Shown here: positions 49,880 through 59,071 of the stretch, one piece after another
Layout of the letters: each line of letters opens with the position of its first letter
Position numbering within the stretch: position 1 is the first letter of the stretch
Assembly (NCBI GenBank): GCA_964637915.1
Contig: CAZWXN010000001.1
Location: 4,152-68,151, forward strand
From: an uncultured Nitrososphaeria archaeon
Lineage (GTDB): Archaea > Thermoproteota > Nitrososphaeria_A > Caldarchaeales > Wolframiiraptoraceae
Direction: 5' to 3'
Length of the DNA: 64,000 bases
Translations under genes and position numbers: made by a program
The notes under the pieces: generated by a model
What the model was told of the DNA's origin: nothing
What the model saw: the letters and a program-made list of their open reading frames with translations, nothing else
Database searches by the model: none

Positions 49880-50860
49880 TTAGTCTGGTATCCCCGCATA
49901 TATTAGCTGTGGCGGCTCGATTGGTGGCGGAGGCCTTGCCGGTATCCGGAGGACTATCGGCCTCTTCGGTGTCCCCGGGACAGTTCCTTCGAGAAGTATA
50001 CATGTTGTTCTTATGATTCCAAAGTGCGGGAACCCGCCCTTCGGAGTAAGCTTTGAGCCATCCTCCTCGATCGCGAGTATCCTCTTGTTGTATTCTGTTC
50101 TTCTGTGGTAGCCGAGCTGGCCCGGCCTCGGCACCGTGTATGGGACGTATTCGGGTGTTCTGCCGCCGATTGCTCCGACGACGCGCCTGCCCTTCCTCTT
50201 CTTCCTCGGCAGTATCTTGACGCCCCATCGCTTCACCACGCCCTCAAAGCCCTTGCCCTTCGTCACAGCGATGACGTCGATGAAGCCCCCAGGCTTGAAG
50301 ACCTCGCTTATCCTGATCTCCTGCCCAAGTTTTGAAACAGCATAGTCGATCGCCTTCTCTATGGCCCCGCCGACCTTTATCTCGATTATATCCGGCTTCT
50401 TCTTCGAGAGGCCGGCCTGCTTCGGAAAAGTCATACTAATTATCCTAACCTCTGTAATATCGTCTCGCAGAGCCTCCAGCCTCTTCAAATTCTCCTCATT
50501 CGGCCTCCAGTTCGGGATCTTCCTCCTAATCAGGTCCATGGGAACCTTGCTGCTCCAGACCTTCAAGAGCTCTTTGAGAGATTTGTTCTCCTCGGTGTAT
50601 GCAACTATGCCGGCCGCGAGCATCGGCGGAGTGACTATCACAGTGGCGACCTCCGCGACCTCCTGGCCTTGGGTCGGGGAGTTCGGCGTAGTATCTATGT
50701 AGTATGCTGTGAGGTGACCCGCCTTATAGCCCAAGAAGCCCAAGGGCTTCGGCTCGCCCTCATATGGAGGCCAATACCTTACCCTAGGGACGAGGCGACT
50801 GGCCCTGCCTCTAGGCAGGAATGCGAGCGAGCCTGATCTCGGCTTCGAGTCCTTGACCAT
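49880..50860 (-). CDS. Ribosomal protein uL3
   Basis: 326 aa; N-terminal KPRSGSLAFLPR and internal L3 motifs. Confidence 0.85.
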   Translation of the reverse strand: MVKDSKPRSGSLAFLPRGRASRLVPRVRYWPPYEGEPKPLGFLGYKAGHLTAYYIDTTPNSPTQGQEVAEVATVIVTPPMLAAGIVAYTEENKSLKELLKVWSSKVPMDLIRRKIPNWRPNEENLKRLEALRDDITEVRIISMTFPKQAGLSKKKPDIIEIKVGGAIEKAIDYAVSKLGQEIRISEVFKPGGFIDVIAVTKGKGFEGVVKRWGVKILPRKKRKGRRVVGAIGGRTPEYVPYTVPRPGQLGYHRRTEYNKRILAIEEDGSKLTPKGGFPHFGIIRTTCILLEGTVPGTPKRPIVLRIPARPPPPIEPPQLIYAGIPD

Positions 50861-50962
50861 CCGCTATCTCCCGCATAGCCCTAGGGCTCGACGATATAAG
50901 CCTAATCCTTGGAAGTTTGTGGGAATCCCCTTAAATACGAGGCTGGCAAGTCTTAGTCCGCT

Positions 50963-51448
50963 ATGGCTGCTCGGGAGCTTCCCGTGACCCGTGAGATAAT
51001 TGAGCTCATTAGGAGGCCGAGTGTGGTTGGCCTGGCAACTCACCGGCATCTGCCGCATGAGAGGGCGATATACCTGAGGCATGGTAGATGTGGCTTCGCG
51101 ATCGATGTGCTGGTGGAGGAGAATGGTGTTAGGAAGCTCTACTCCGTCCTCGTGGAGGCGGAGGCGAACATCGGCGATAGGAAGGAGTTTAAGTCATTCA
51201 TGGAGCTCGGCGGCATAATCCGCTACCAGCTCTCCGAGAGGATCGGCGACAGGTTCAAGATAACAAGGAAGGAGCTCAGCTACAGGGATGGAGAGGAGCT
51301 CTTCCACCAAGTCGATCTCGTTAGAGCCGTATTCTATGAGAAGTATCGGGAGCTTAAGGCCAAGGCCGGGGTTGGGCCGGCAAAGATAGAGGAGGAGATC
51401 TTCCACCAGGTTGGAATCAAGCCCGAGGAAATGCTTCTGGGAGTATAG
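50963..51448 (+). CDS. Hypothetical protein (161 aa), translationally coupled to the AsnB-like gene
   Basis: No recognised domain; stop 4 nt before the next start. Confidence 0.4.
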   Translation: MAARELPVTREIIELIRRPSVVGLATHRHLPHERAIYLRHGRCGFAIDVLVEENGVRKLYSVLVEAEANIGDRKEFKSFMELGGIIRYQLSERIGDRFKITRKELSYRDGEELFHQVDLVRAVFYEKYRELKAKAGVGPAKIEEEIFHQVGIKPEEMLLGV

Positions 51449-51451
51449 CCG

Positions 51452-52714
51452 ATGATAGGACTCGCGGTTGCGGAGAGAGCCGAGGATGCTAGGAAGATTG
51501 CTGAGAGGCTTGTGAAGTCTCAGGAGTATAGGCTCGTCAAGCCATTCAAGCTTATCGAGATTGAGACAGAGATAGGCTACGTCTCCGTCGCTGCTAGGGA
51601 GGATGAGCTCGTCGAGAGGGGCGGTGCACTGGCGGCATGCATGCATTATCCGCGTGCTGGCATAAAGCTCCTCGAGAATCTCCTAGAATCCGAGGATCTC
51701 GTGAAGGCTTTGATGAATCTTGACCTCTTCTTCTCCGGCGCCATAGTTGATTACGATGGGATTGTCTTGTTCAGGGATCATGTCGGCCACATGCCCCTAG
51801 CATATGCTAGACATGGTAGGTCGTTCATGGCGGCCTTGAGCAGGTCGGCGATCGGGTCGGCCGCGAGATCTCTTGAGCCGGGCCACATGCTAATCCTAGA
51901 CCACTCGGGTTCAAGGCTTGTAAGGTGGTATCATCCCGGAAGATGGATGATGGGCGATCCTGGAAGGGAGCTTGCCAAGAGGCTGATGCATGTCGCCGAG
52001 AAGTATCTCCCGGACACTGTCTTCCTCGGGTTCTCCGGCGGGCTTGATAGCTCGATCCTCGCGCATCTAGCGGCTCGAGCTGGCAGGAATGTTAGGGGGA
52101 TCGCCGTGGCCATGAGGGGGAGCCTTGATCATGCTTGGGCCCAAGAGATGGCGGAGATCCTAGAGATCGGGCTAGAGATCCTAGAGCCATGCGATGAGGA
52201 GCTCATGGAGGCTGTGAAGATCTTGTCGAGCCAGCTCCCGGGAGCGGGGCTAATGAATCTCTCGATAGCATCTCTCATGTTTCTCGCCGCGAGGAGGGCT
52301 GGAGACGTTCTTGTGGTCGGGCAGGGCGCTGACGAGCTTTTCGGGGGCTACTGGAGATATGAGAGTATTCTGCGTGAGCATGGCATCGAGAAGGCCGCCG
52401 AGATTATGAGCAAGGATATTGAGAGGATCGGTGAGAGGAATTTGGAGAGGGATGAGCTCGCTGCAGCCCTCGCAGGCTCGCAGCTTCTCGCACCATACGT
52501 TGCTAGGCCCATCTACGAGGCCGCTCTCTCAATAAGCCCAGAACTCAAGCTAAGGATACTGGATGGAATGATTGTCAGGAAGTGGATATTGAGAAGGGCT
52601 GCTGAGGTCCTCGGGGTCCCGGGGAAAGTTCTCGATAAACCTAAGAAGGCCGCGCAATATAGCTCTGGAATTCAGAGGAGGCTGAGGAAGCTCCTAGCGG
52701 AGAAAAAATTGTAG
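51452..52714 (+). CDS. Asparagine synthetase (AsnB)-like protein lacking the N-terminal catalytic Cys
   Basis: C-terminal PP-loop FLGFSGGLDSS; N-terminal Ntn-amidotransferase-like remnant (IVLFRDHVGHMPLAY) but it begins MIG... rather than MCG... Confidence 0.7.
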   Translation: MIGLAVAERAEDARKIAERLVKSQEYRLVKPFKLIEIETEIGYVSVAAREDELVERGGALAACMHYPRAGIKLLENLLESEDLVKALMNLDLFFSGAIVDYDGIVLFRDHVGHMPLAYARHGRSFMAALSRSAIGSAARSLEPGHMLILDHSGSRLVRWYHPGRWMMGDPGRELAKRLMHVAEKYLPDTVFLGFSGGLDSSILAHLAARAGRNVRGIAVAMRGSLDHAWAQEMAEILEIGLEILEPCDEELMEAVKILSSQLPGAGLMNLSIASLMFLAARRAGDVLVVGQGADELFGGYWRYESILREHGIEKAAEIMSKDIERIGERNLERDELAAALAGSQLLAPYVARPIYEAALSISPELKLRILDGMIVRKWILRRAAEVLGVPGKVLDKPKKAAQYSSGIQRRLRKLLAEKKL

Positions 52715-52873
52715 TTGAGGAGGTTTTATGGTGGAGACCCCTTCTCCTTCTTCTTTTTCGAGGATCCTCCACGGCAGCAGGGAGTCATGGCGATGTCCTT
52801 GCGGCGCCTAGTGTTAAGCGTTTTCCGGGCTGGGGCGCATGGATAATACGCGGGTTATCTCCTAGGTCTCTCG

Positions 52874-53419
52874 ATGAGTGTGGATAATGGCTTGGCGGTA
52901 ATCTATGAAGCTGTTCTGAGGCTTAAGGGGCTTAAGAGAACTGGCTGGCTCGAGAGGGGGGTGAGGGATGCGGAGAGCGTAGCCGCTCATAGCTATGCCG
53001 TCGCCCTTCTCTCGATGATCTTGGCGGATATCAGGGGGCTTGATGTTGAGGAAGCTATGAGGATGGCGTTGATCCACGATCTGCCAGAGGCCTTTATCGG
53101 GGATCTTACGCCCGGCGAGAAGGAGAGGATTAGAGATTTCCGGGAGAGGGAGATGGGGGCTATCATGGAGATGGCCAAAGCCCTTCCAAGCAAGGCCTCG
53201 AAGAAGCTTATCGAGACGTGGAGACGGTATTCTGAGGGGTCGAGTGATGTGGCGAGGCTCGTCAGGGACGTGGATAAGCTTGAGATGGGGCTTCAAGCCC
53301 TAAGCTACATCAAGTCTGGATACTCTGGAGCATGGGAGATTTACGAGTCCGCGCTGAGGGAGATTGGGGATCCGGAGCTCCGGGAGTTTTTAAGAAGGCT
53401 TGGCGAGGGCTTAGCTTAA
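52874..53419 (+). CDS. HD-domain 5'-deoxynucleotidase (YfbR)-like hydrolase
   Basis: HSYAVALLS ... LIHDLPEAFIGDLTP motifs of the YfbR-type HD domain. Confidence 0.7.
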   Translation: MSVDNGLAVIYEAVLRLKGLKRTGWLERGVRDAESVAAHSYAVALLSMILADIRGLDVEEAMRMALIHDLPEAFIGDLTPGEKERIRDFREREMGAIMEMAKALPSKASKKLIETWRRYSEGSSDVARLVRDVDKLEMGLQALSYIKSGYSGAWEIYESALREIGDPELREFLRRLGEGLA

Positions 53420-53448
53420 TACATGGCATGCCACATGATTAGTGTTGG

Positions 53449-54624
53449 ATGGCGGCTATCCGAGAGCTCTCCATGATGGCTAAGTATCCATTTCTCCCCG
53501 AGGCCCGGGGGGAGCTTGCGAAATACGGGATAACTCTTGAGAGCTTTAGCGACCCGGCCTACCAGAAGGTCGTTGAGAGGGCGAAGGGGAGGATAATTGA
53601 CGCGATAGAATATGGTGATGACGTCAGCCCCTCGAGCATCTCCGATGATGATTTTGTGGAGCTCGCGTCATTCCCGCTCTCAATCGCCATGATAGCCGCG
53701 ATCGGTGATAAGAGGCTTGCGAGGAGGTTCGCGCTCGCGACATCCTCCCTCACGATCAAGCTCCTTGAATCCGAGGATCCCGAGTGGAGGGATTATACAG
53801 TTCTCAGGATCGCGCGAGATGTCTTCGGCATGGATGTTAGGAGGGAGGACAGGGTTGTCGGCGGCATCACATATGACTACTCCCTAGGACTCAAGGATTA
53901 TCTAAGAGGAGCATTGGCGTTCAATAGGCCCGAATGGAAGCTCGTGAACCGCGTCGTTGAGCGCGGAAGGGTCTTGGTAACAGCCCATGAGCTCATTAGG
54001 CTTCTAAAGGATCGTGTGATGGAGCATATCCTATCTCTCGTGGAGAGGGCTGGCAAGATCGGCGCTCTCCCCGGCCCGGTCGAGGAGGCGATTAGGGAGA
54101 TTAGGGGGAGGATGCCGGCCGCGATACAGCTCGAGCTCACTACCGTTAAGAGCGGGCCCGAGACATGGCCGCCATGCATGAGGGCGATAGCGGACAAGCT
54201 CATGGCCGGCGAGAATATCAGCCACTTCGCGAACTTCGCCTTCGCCGCATTCCTCTCGAACATAGGATTCGAGCCACATGAGATAATCAGGTTCTACGCG
54301 AATAGGCCGGACTTCAACGAGAGGATCGCGAGGTATCAGGTCGAGCACATCGCCGGCCTCAGGGGCAGCAGGACAAAATACATGACACCAAGCTGCAATA
54401 CTATGAAGACTAACGGCTTATGCGTGAAGGATGGCGCATTATGCGGCGATATCAGGAACCCGCTAATTTATTATAGGAGGGCGATTAAGAGGATTAGGAA
54501 GATTGATAAGGATAAGGCTGAGGTGGGAGGAGAACGCGGAAAGGCTGGCGGCGAAGCTATCAGAGATTCTGGCCCCGACGGGGATACTCCCAGTGATCAA
54601 CAGATCTCAGGTAATCCTGGATGA
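53449..54624 (+). CDS. priL: DNA primase large subunit PriL
   Basis: 391 aa; C-terminal Fe-S cluster cysteines (PPCMRAI ... CNTMKTNGLCVKDGALCGD) and archaeal PriL helical N-domain. Confidence 0.75.
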   Translation: MAAIRELSMMAKYPFLPEARGELAKYGITLESFSDPAYQKVVERAKGRIIDAIEYGDDVSPSSISDDDFVELASFPLSIAMIAAIGDKRLARRFALATSSLTIKLLESEDPEWRDYTVLRIARDVFGMDVRREDRVVGGITYDYSLGLKDYLRGALAFNRPEWKLVNRVVERGRVLVTAHELIRLLKDRVMEHILSLVERAGKIGALPGPVEEAIREIRGRMPAAIQLELTTVKSGPETWPPCMRAIADKLMAGENISHFANFAFAAFLSNIGFEPHEIIRFYANRPDFNERIARYQVEHIAGLRGSRTKYMTPSCNTMKTNGLCVKDGALCGDIRNPLIYYRRAIKRIRKIDKDKAEVGGERGKAGGEAIRDSGPDGDTPSDQQISGNPG

Positions 54625-54658
54625 TGATCTCGCTGATAGATCGCTGAGAATCGAGGAG

Positions 54659-54871
54659 ATGGTCGAGCTCACGGCGAAGACACTATCAGAGCTCGAGATA
54701 AGATTCCGCGGAATCACTGCCTCAGATAGAGAGATCATGATTGAGGATGAGAAGCCGGAGAGGAGGGGAAGCCGCGGGCCGGGCTTCTTCATCTGCCCCC
54801 ACTGCGGCTTCATAACACCATACGAGGAGGAGTACTGGAATCACTTGAAGATTCACTATATCGGCTTCTAG
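54659..54871 (+). CDS. Possible small C2H2-type zinc-finger protein (70 aa)
   Basis: C-terminal FICPHCGF...HLKIH; I prefer the internal Met at 54659 because the 54503 start overlaps PriL. Confidence 0.3.
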   Translation: MVELTAKTLSELEIRFRGITASDREIMIEDEKPERRGSRGPGFFICPHCGFITPYEEEYWNHLKIHYIGF

Positions 54872-55368
54872 GGCCGCTTATACCCCGCGATGAGCCTCTT
54901 CCAGTAATCCCAGTCCACAAGCCCATAAACCCCCTTAACCACGTTCTCGTCAATCGCGTCGGCAGCCGCCTCACCGAGCTTATCAATGGCGATGTTCGCA
55001 ATTATCCTGAATGGGAGGCCGGCAGTCTTCGCTGCATGAATAGCCACCGATGTGCAGGATTTGACAAGATCCCAGCTCACTGCGCCAGCCTCCCTCCTAA
55101 CCATCTCCACCAGGCCCCCGAGATCGGCGAAATAATTCCTCAAGTCCTTCTCCATATCGGGCACGCTTACAAGAGTATTCCTAGCCAGGCTTAGAATCCT
55201 ATGAGCCGAGGCCTCTACACGCGCTATCCTCCAAGTTATCGAGATGATCCTCGAGGGAGAGATTTCATCCTCAAGCTTCTTAATTCGCTCCTCGAGCTCC
55301 CGGAGCTTTCCCGAGATCTCCTCTCTAAGCCTCCTGACCTCCTCGAGAAGTCCCTCCTCGGATGCCAA
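54868..55368 (-). CDS. Hypothetical protein with N-terminal coiled coil, downstream of the suf genes
   Basis: 166 aa; a heptad-like Glu/Arg/Leu-rich N-terminus (EEVRRLREEISGKLRELEERIKKLEDE). Confidence 0.4.
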   Translation of the reverse strand: MASEEGLLEEVRRLREEISGKLRELEERIKKLEDEISPSRIISITWRIARVEASAHRILSLARNTLVSVPDMEKDLRNYFADLGGLVEMVRREAGAVSWDLVKSCTSVAIHAAKTAGLPFRIIANIAIDKLGEAAADAIDENVVKGVYGLVDWDYWKRLIAGYKRP

Positions 55369-55372
55369 GCTC

Positions 55373-56578
55373 CTAGAATCCTTTGACTGCGAGATCTATA
55401 ATCTTTTTGATTGATTCCTCGAGGAAGCTTGGGAGGTTGAGGGGGGATATGTCTAGGAAGCCCCTGACTATCAGGGACTCAGCATCCTCCCTCGAGAAGC
55501 CCCTCGACATGAGGTAAATCAGTTGATCCTCGGAGATCCTGCCTATCGCCGCCTCATGGGTCAGCGACGCGTTCATTCTTCTCGAGATCAGCTCCGGTAT
55601 AGTGTATATCTCCGCCTCGTCAGAGAGCATTAAGCCTCTGCAGCTTATGTGGCCGCGGCCATCATCCGCCTCACATTCTATCCTTCCACGCATGGTGAGC
55701 TTGGCCCTATCCAAGGCGACTGCGCTCGTGATCAGCTCAGCCCTCGCACCCCTCCCTGTTATCAAGCAATCGCCACCCATATCCATCCTCGAGGAACCGT
55801 CGAGATAGATGATATTACTCAGGGATATCGCCGCGCCCCCTCCCTCAAGCCTCGCAGACGGCTTTGATTGGAAGCTACCAACAGAGCCGAGGAGGACATA
55901 GTTGTAGGATACCGTCGCGCCCTCCTCGAGCACTATGCCAGTCCTTGGCCTTACGTGGAAGCTCGGCCCCCATCTATGAATCATCGTATAATTCAGCTTC
56001 GCGCCCTGCTTGACGAATATCTCTGTTACCCCAATATGGAGCCCCCTCTGATCATGCCTCCTCATCGTGCAGCCCGTGATTATACATGCCTCGGAGCCCG
56101 GCTCAGCAACTATGAGGTTGTGAACACTCTGGATTATCCCGGGCGAGTAGGAGAAGAAGCATGCCTGAATCGGCATGTGAAGCCTCCTACCCTCAAGTAT
56201 CCTGAGGAAGAACCCGCTCGGCGGCCTCAAGGCATTATACGCGGTATACTTGTCAGCATATGGGCTTACAAGGCTCCAGAAGTGCTCCCGAGCCCATGGA
56301 TATCTCTCAAAGGCCTCCTGTATTGGCATGAGCTCTATATCTCCTTGGAACTGCTTCTGGATAGCCCTATACGCGATCTCATGATCGATCTGGAGGAATG
56401 TTGTGAGAGATGATGCTCTCCCCAGATCCACCCCAACCTCGAGGCTCCTCCTCCTAACATCCTCATCAACCTCGATCCTCCCCCTAGGCTCCTGCTCGAA
56501 CTCCTCGAGATCCAGGTCCTCGCCATATTCAGCCGGCTTGCTAAGAGCCTCTCTCAGCCGCCTCTCATCAACCTGCAT
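55373..56578 (-). CDS. Fe-S cluster assembly protein SufB/SufD family
   Basis: 401 aa; C-terminal beta-helix region typical of SufBD; 25-nt overlap with sufC. Confidence 0.8.
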   Translation of the reverse strand: MQVDERRLREALSKPAEYGEDLDLEEFEQEPRGRIEVDEDVRRRSLEVGVDLGRASSLTTFLQIDHEIAYRAIQKQFQGDIELMPIQEAFERYPWAREHFWSLVSPYADKYTAYNALRPPSGFFLRILEGRRLHMPIQACFFSYSPGIIQSVHNLIVAEPGSEACIITGCTMRRHDQRGLHIGVTEIFVKQGAKLNYTMIHRWGPSFHVRPRTGIVLEEGATVSYNYVLLGSVGSFQSKPSARLEGGGAAISLSNIIYLDGSSRMDMGGDCLITGRGARAELITSAVALDRAKLTMRGRIECEADDGRGHISCRGLMLSDEAEIYTIPELISRRMNASLTHEAAIGRISEDQLIYLMSRGFSREDAESLIVRGFLDISPLNLPSFLEESIKKIIDLAVKGF

Positions 56579-57279
56579 CTATCACACCACCTATATCCAT
56601 CCATCATTATTCTGTTAAGTATCTGATCTGGATCCCCCTCGCATGCTATCACGCCGTCTATGAGGACATGCGCCTTCACGGGCTTCAGATGCCTGAGAAT
56701 ATAGCCATGATGCGTTATTATCAGGGCGGATCTACCCCTTAAGCTCTCCGAGAGGAATCTCCCAATCAACTCGAGATTCTCCACATCAACGCCCGAGTCC
56801 GGCTCATCAAGTATTATTAGCCTCGGGTTTGATGCTAGCGCCTGCGCAAGCTCGCATCTCTTAATCTCCCCGCCCGAGAAGCCTACGTTCACATATCGGT
56901 TCAAGTGCTCCTGTGATATGTTAAGCCTATCAACTATCTCGAGGAATCTCTCGCCGATGCCATTCTCGGATGCTATTCTCGCGAGGAGGTCCTTCAGCTT
57001 TATCCCATGGAGCTTTGGCGGGTTCTGAAACGCTATGCTTATCCCCATTCTAGCCCTCTCATCTATCGGTTTCTCCGTTATGTCTTGGCCGTCGAATATT
57101 ATCCTCCCGCCGACTATCCTGTAATCCGGGTGCCCGATTATGGCCATTGCGAGCGTCGACTTCCCGGAGCCATTCGGCCCGAAGATCGCGTGAATCTCGC
57201 CATCACCGACCTCGAGGCTCACGCCCTTAAGTATCAGCCTATTCCTCACAGCGACGTGAAGATTCTCTATCCTGAGCAA
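56554..57279 (-). CDS. sufC: Fe-S cluster assembly ATPase SufC
   Basis: Walker A GPNGSGKST, signature FSGGEIKR, Walker B ILDEPDSGVD. Confidence 0.85.
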   Translation of the reverse strand: MLRIENLHVAVRNRLILKGVSLEVGDGEIHAIFGPNGSGKSTLAMAIIGHPDYRIVGGRIIFDGQDITEKPIDERARMGISIAFQNPPKLHGIKLKDLLARIASENGIGERFLEIVDRLNISQEHLNRYVNVGFSGGEIKRCELAQALASNPRLIILDEPDSGVDVENLELIGRFLSESLRGRSALIITHHGYILRHLKPVKAHVLIDGVIACEGDPDQILNRIMMDGYRWCDRCRLMRGG

Positions 57280-57302
57280 AGCACATCACCCCTGAACTAC
57301 TT

Positions 57303-57668
57303 TTACGTGATCTTGAAGAGGAGCCAGCCCCTCCCGATGTTTATCATCGCATATCTTCCTTTTAACCTTGAGCCCATACAGTGGAAGATTATCTTCTTGC
57401 CCTCCTCGTATTCCACGAGCTTAAACTCACCCTTATCCCATATCTTGACCACGCCGGCGCCATAACCCTCCTTGATCACACCCTCGAAGTCAGCATACCA
57501 TAGCTCATGATCCGGCTGTGGTATCCCAAGCCTCCTGACACCACGCGTCATCGGGAGCTCCTTCCTGAATGCCCATGACTTGAGAACTCCCCCGATCTCC
57601 AGCCTAAGATCATAATGTAAGCCGGCCCTGTGAGCATGATGCTCATGTACAACGAATCTGGGACACAA
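57303..57668 (-). CDS. Standalone LigD-type 3'-phosphoesterase (PE) domain protein
   Basis: FVVHEHHAHRAGLHYDLRLE, VLKSWAF, YADFEGVIKEGYGAGVVKIWDKG match the LigD PE domain signature; 121 aa. Confidence 0.7.
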   Translation of the reverse strand: MCPRFVVHEHHAHRAGLHYDLRLEIGGVLKSWAFRKELPMTRGVRRLGIPQPDHELWYADFEGVIKEGYGAGVVKIWDKGEFKLVEYEEGKKIIFHCMGSRLKGRYAMINIGRGWLLFKIT

Positions 57669-57694
57669 GGGCTACCAAAATAATGAGATAGTGA

Positions 57695-59065
57695 ATGATA
57701 AAGCTGTTAAGGGTGTCGGGGGATAGCTTAATACTCGGCGAGCGAGCCTCAGATCCTTGGATGAGCCTTAGGGATTTTCTCGGGGTCTTGGATGATGAGG
57801 GGCTTCTCGTCCATGTTAGGAGGCCCGTCTCAACGAGATATGAGGCTGCCGCGATAATGAAGAGGCTCGATCCGAGGCCTGTATTATTTCATGAGGTGCG
57901 TGAGGCCCCGGGCTTCAAGCTTCTCGGAAACCTCTGCGCCGATAGGAGGATCCTAGCAAGGGCTCTAGGAATCTCGGAGCGAGATCTGCTAAGGAGAATT
58001 GTCGAGGCGATGGAGAATCCCGGAAAGGGTGAGATCGTAGAGGATCCGCCATGCCAGGAGGTCGTGATAGATAATCCGGATCTTAGGAGGCTTCCCTTCC
58101 TCATTTTCGGGGAGAGGGATGGCGGCCCATACATGACTGCCGGGATAGTGATCGCCCGGGATCCAGAGCTGGGGCATAATGCGAGCTATCATAGGCTCAT
58201 GCTCTTGGATGAGAGGAGGGTTGCGGCGAGGATCCTGCCAAGACACCTCGACGAGTTCATCAGGAGGGGTGTTAGGAGGATCGCTATAGCCGTGGGTAAT
58301 CATCCAGCATTCATGCTGGCGGCAGCTGTTACTTGGAGGCTGGGCGTCAGCGAGCTCGATATAGCCGCCGCGCTCGCCCCGATAAGATATGCCAGGGCCA
58401 TGACGAGCGATATCCTCGTCCCGGCCGACTGCGAGCTCGTCCTGGAGGGGACGATAACGGATGAGAGGGCTGATGAGGGGCCGTTCATCGACATAACAGG
58501 GACATATGATATCATGAGGAAGGAGAGGGTTATCGAGATCGAGTGTATCACCATGCGGAGGGGCCCGATATTCCAGCAGATACTCCCGGCTGGCAGCGAG
58601 CATAGGAACTTGATGGGGATGCCGAGGGAGGCGGCGATATACGCTGAGGCATCAAAGGTCTGCGATGTCGTTGATGTGAGGCTTACGCCGGGCGGCTGCA
58701 ACTGGCTCCACTGCGCGATAAGCATTAGGAAGAGGAGCGATGATGATCCAAGAAGGGTTATTGAGGCCGCGCTGAGAGCCCATCAAAGCCTCAAGCACGT
58801 TATAGTTGTTGATGATGATATAGATCTCTCGAATCCATATGACTTGGAGTGGGCGATAGCGACGAGGGTTCAGCTGGATAGGGATCTTGTGCTTAGGCCG
58901 AATGAGCTTGGATCATCCCTCGACCCGTCAGCCGATCAGGTTACTAGGAGGACTTGTAAGGCTGGCTTGGATGCGACGATCCCGCTCACAGCTGATAGAA
59001 GCAAGTTCATTAGGGCCAAGATACCGGGAGAAGATGAGGTTAGGATAGAGGATTACGTGAAGTGA
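57695..59065 (+). CDS. UbiD-family decarboxylase (candidate trans-anhydromevalonate-5-phosphate decarboxylase)
   Basis: 456 aa UbiD fold; immediately upstream of AcnX-type large and small subunit genes. Confidence 0.8.
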   Translation: MIKLLRVSGDSLILGERASDPWMSLRDFLGVLDDEGLLVHVRRPVSTRYEAAAIMKRLDPRPVLFHEVREAPGFKLLGNLCADRRILARALGISERDLLRRIVEAMENPGKGEIVEDPPCQEVVIDNPDLRRLPFLIFGERDGGPYMTAGIVIARDPELGHNASYHRLMLLDERRVAARILPRHLDEFIRRGVRRIAIAVGNHPAFMLAAAVTWRLGVSELDIAAALAPIRYARAMTSDILVPADCELVLEGTITDERADEGPFIDITGTYDIMRKERVIEIECITMRRGPIFQQILPAGSEHRNLMGMPREAAIYAEASKVCDVVDVRLTPGGCNWLHCAISIRKRSDDDPRRVIEAALRAHQSLKHVIVVDDDIDLSNPYDLEWAIATRVQLDRDLVLRPNELGSSLDPSADQVTRRTCKAGLDATIPLTADRSKFIRAKIPGEDEVRIEDYVK

Positions 59066-59071
59066 GCCTGG

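Noticed and set aside
54503-54658. N-terminal 52 codons of the 122-aa ORF overlapping priL
   Set aside because: This part overlaps the conserved C-terminus of PriL in another frame. The internal Met at 54659 gives a compact zinc-finger ORF that does not overlap (still low confidence).
57989-58603. 204-aa antisense ORF inside the UbiD-like gene (and a similar 141-aa ORF at 58300-58725)
   Set aside because: It overlaps a strongly supported UbiD-family CDS on the opposite strand and has no domain signal. This is a typical high-GC antisense artefact. The same reasoning applies to 20873-21259, 23508-23996, 12180-12764, 14755-15237, 36738-37250, 48275-48763, 53898-54263 and 52862-53296.
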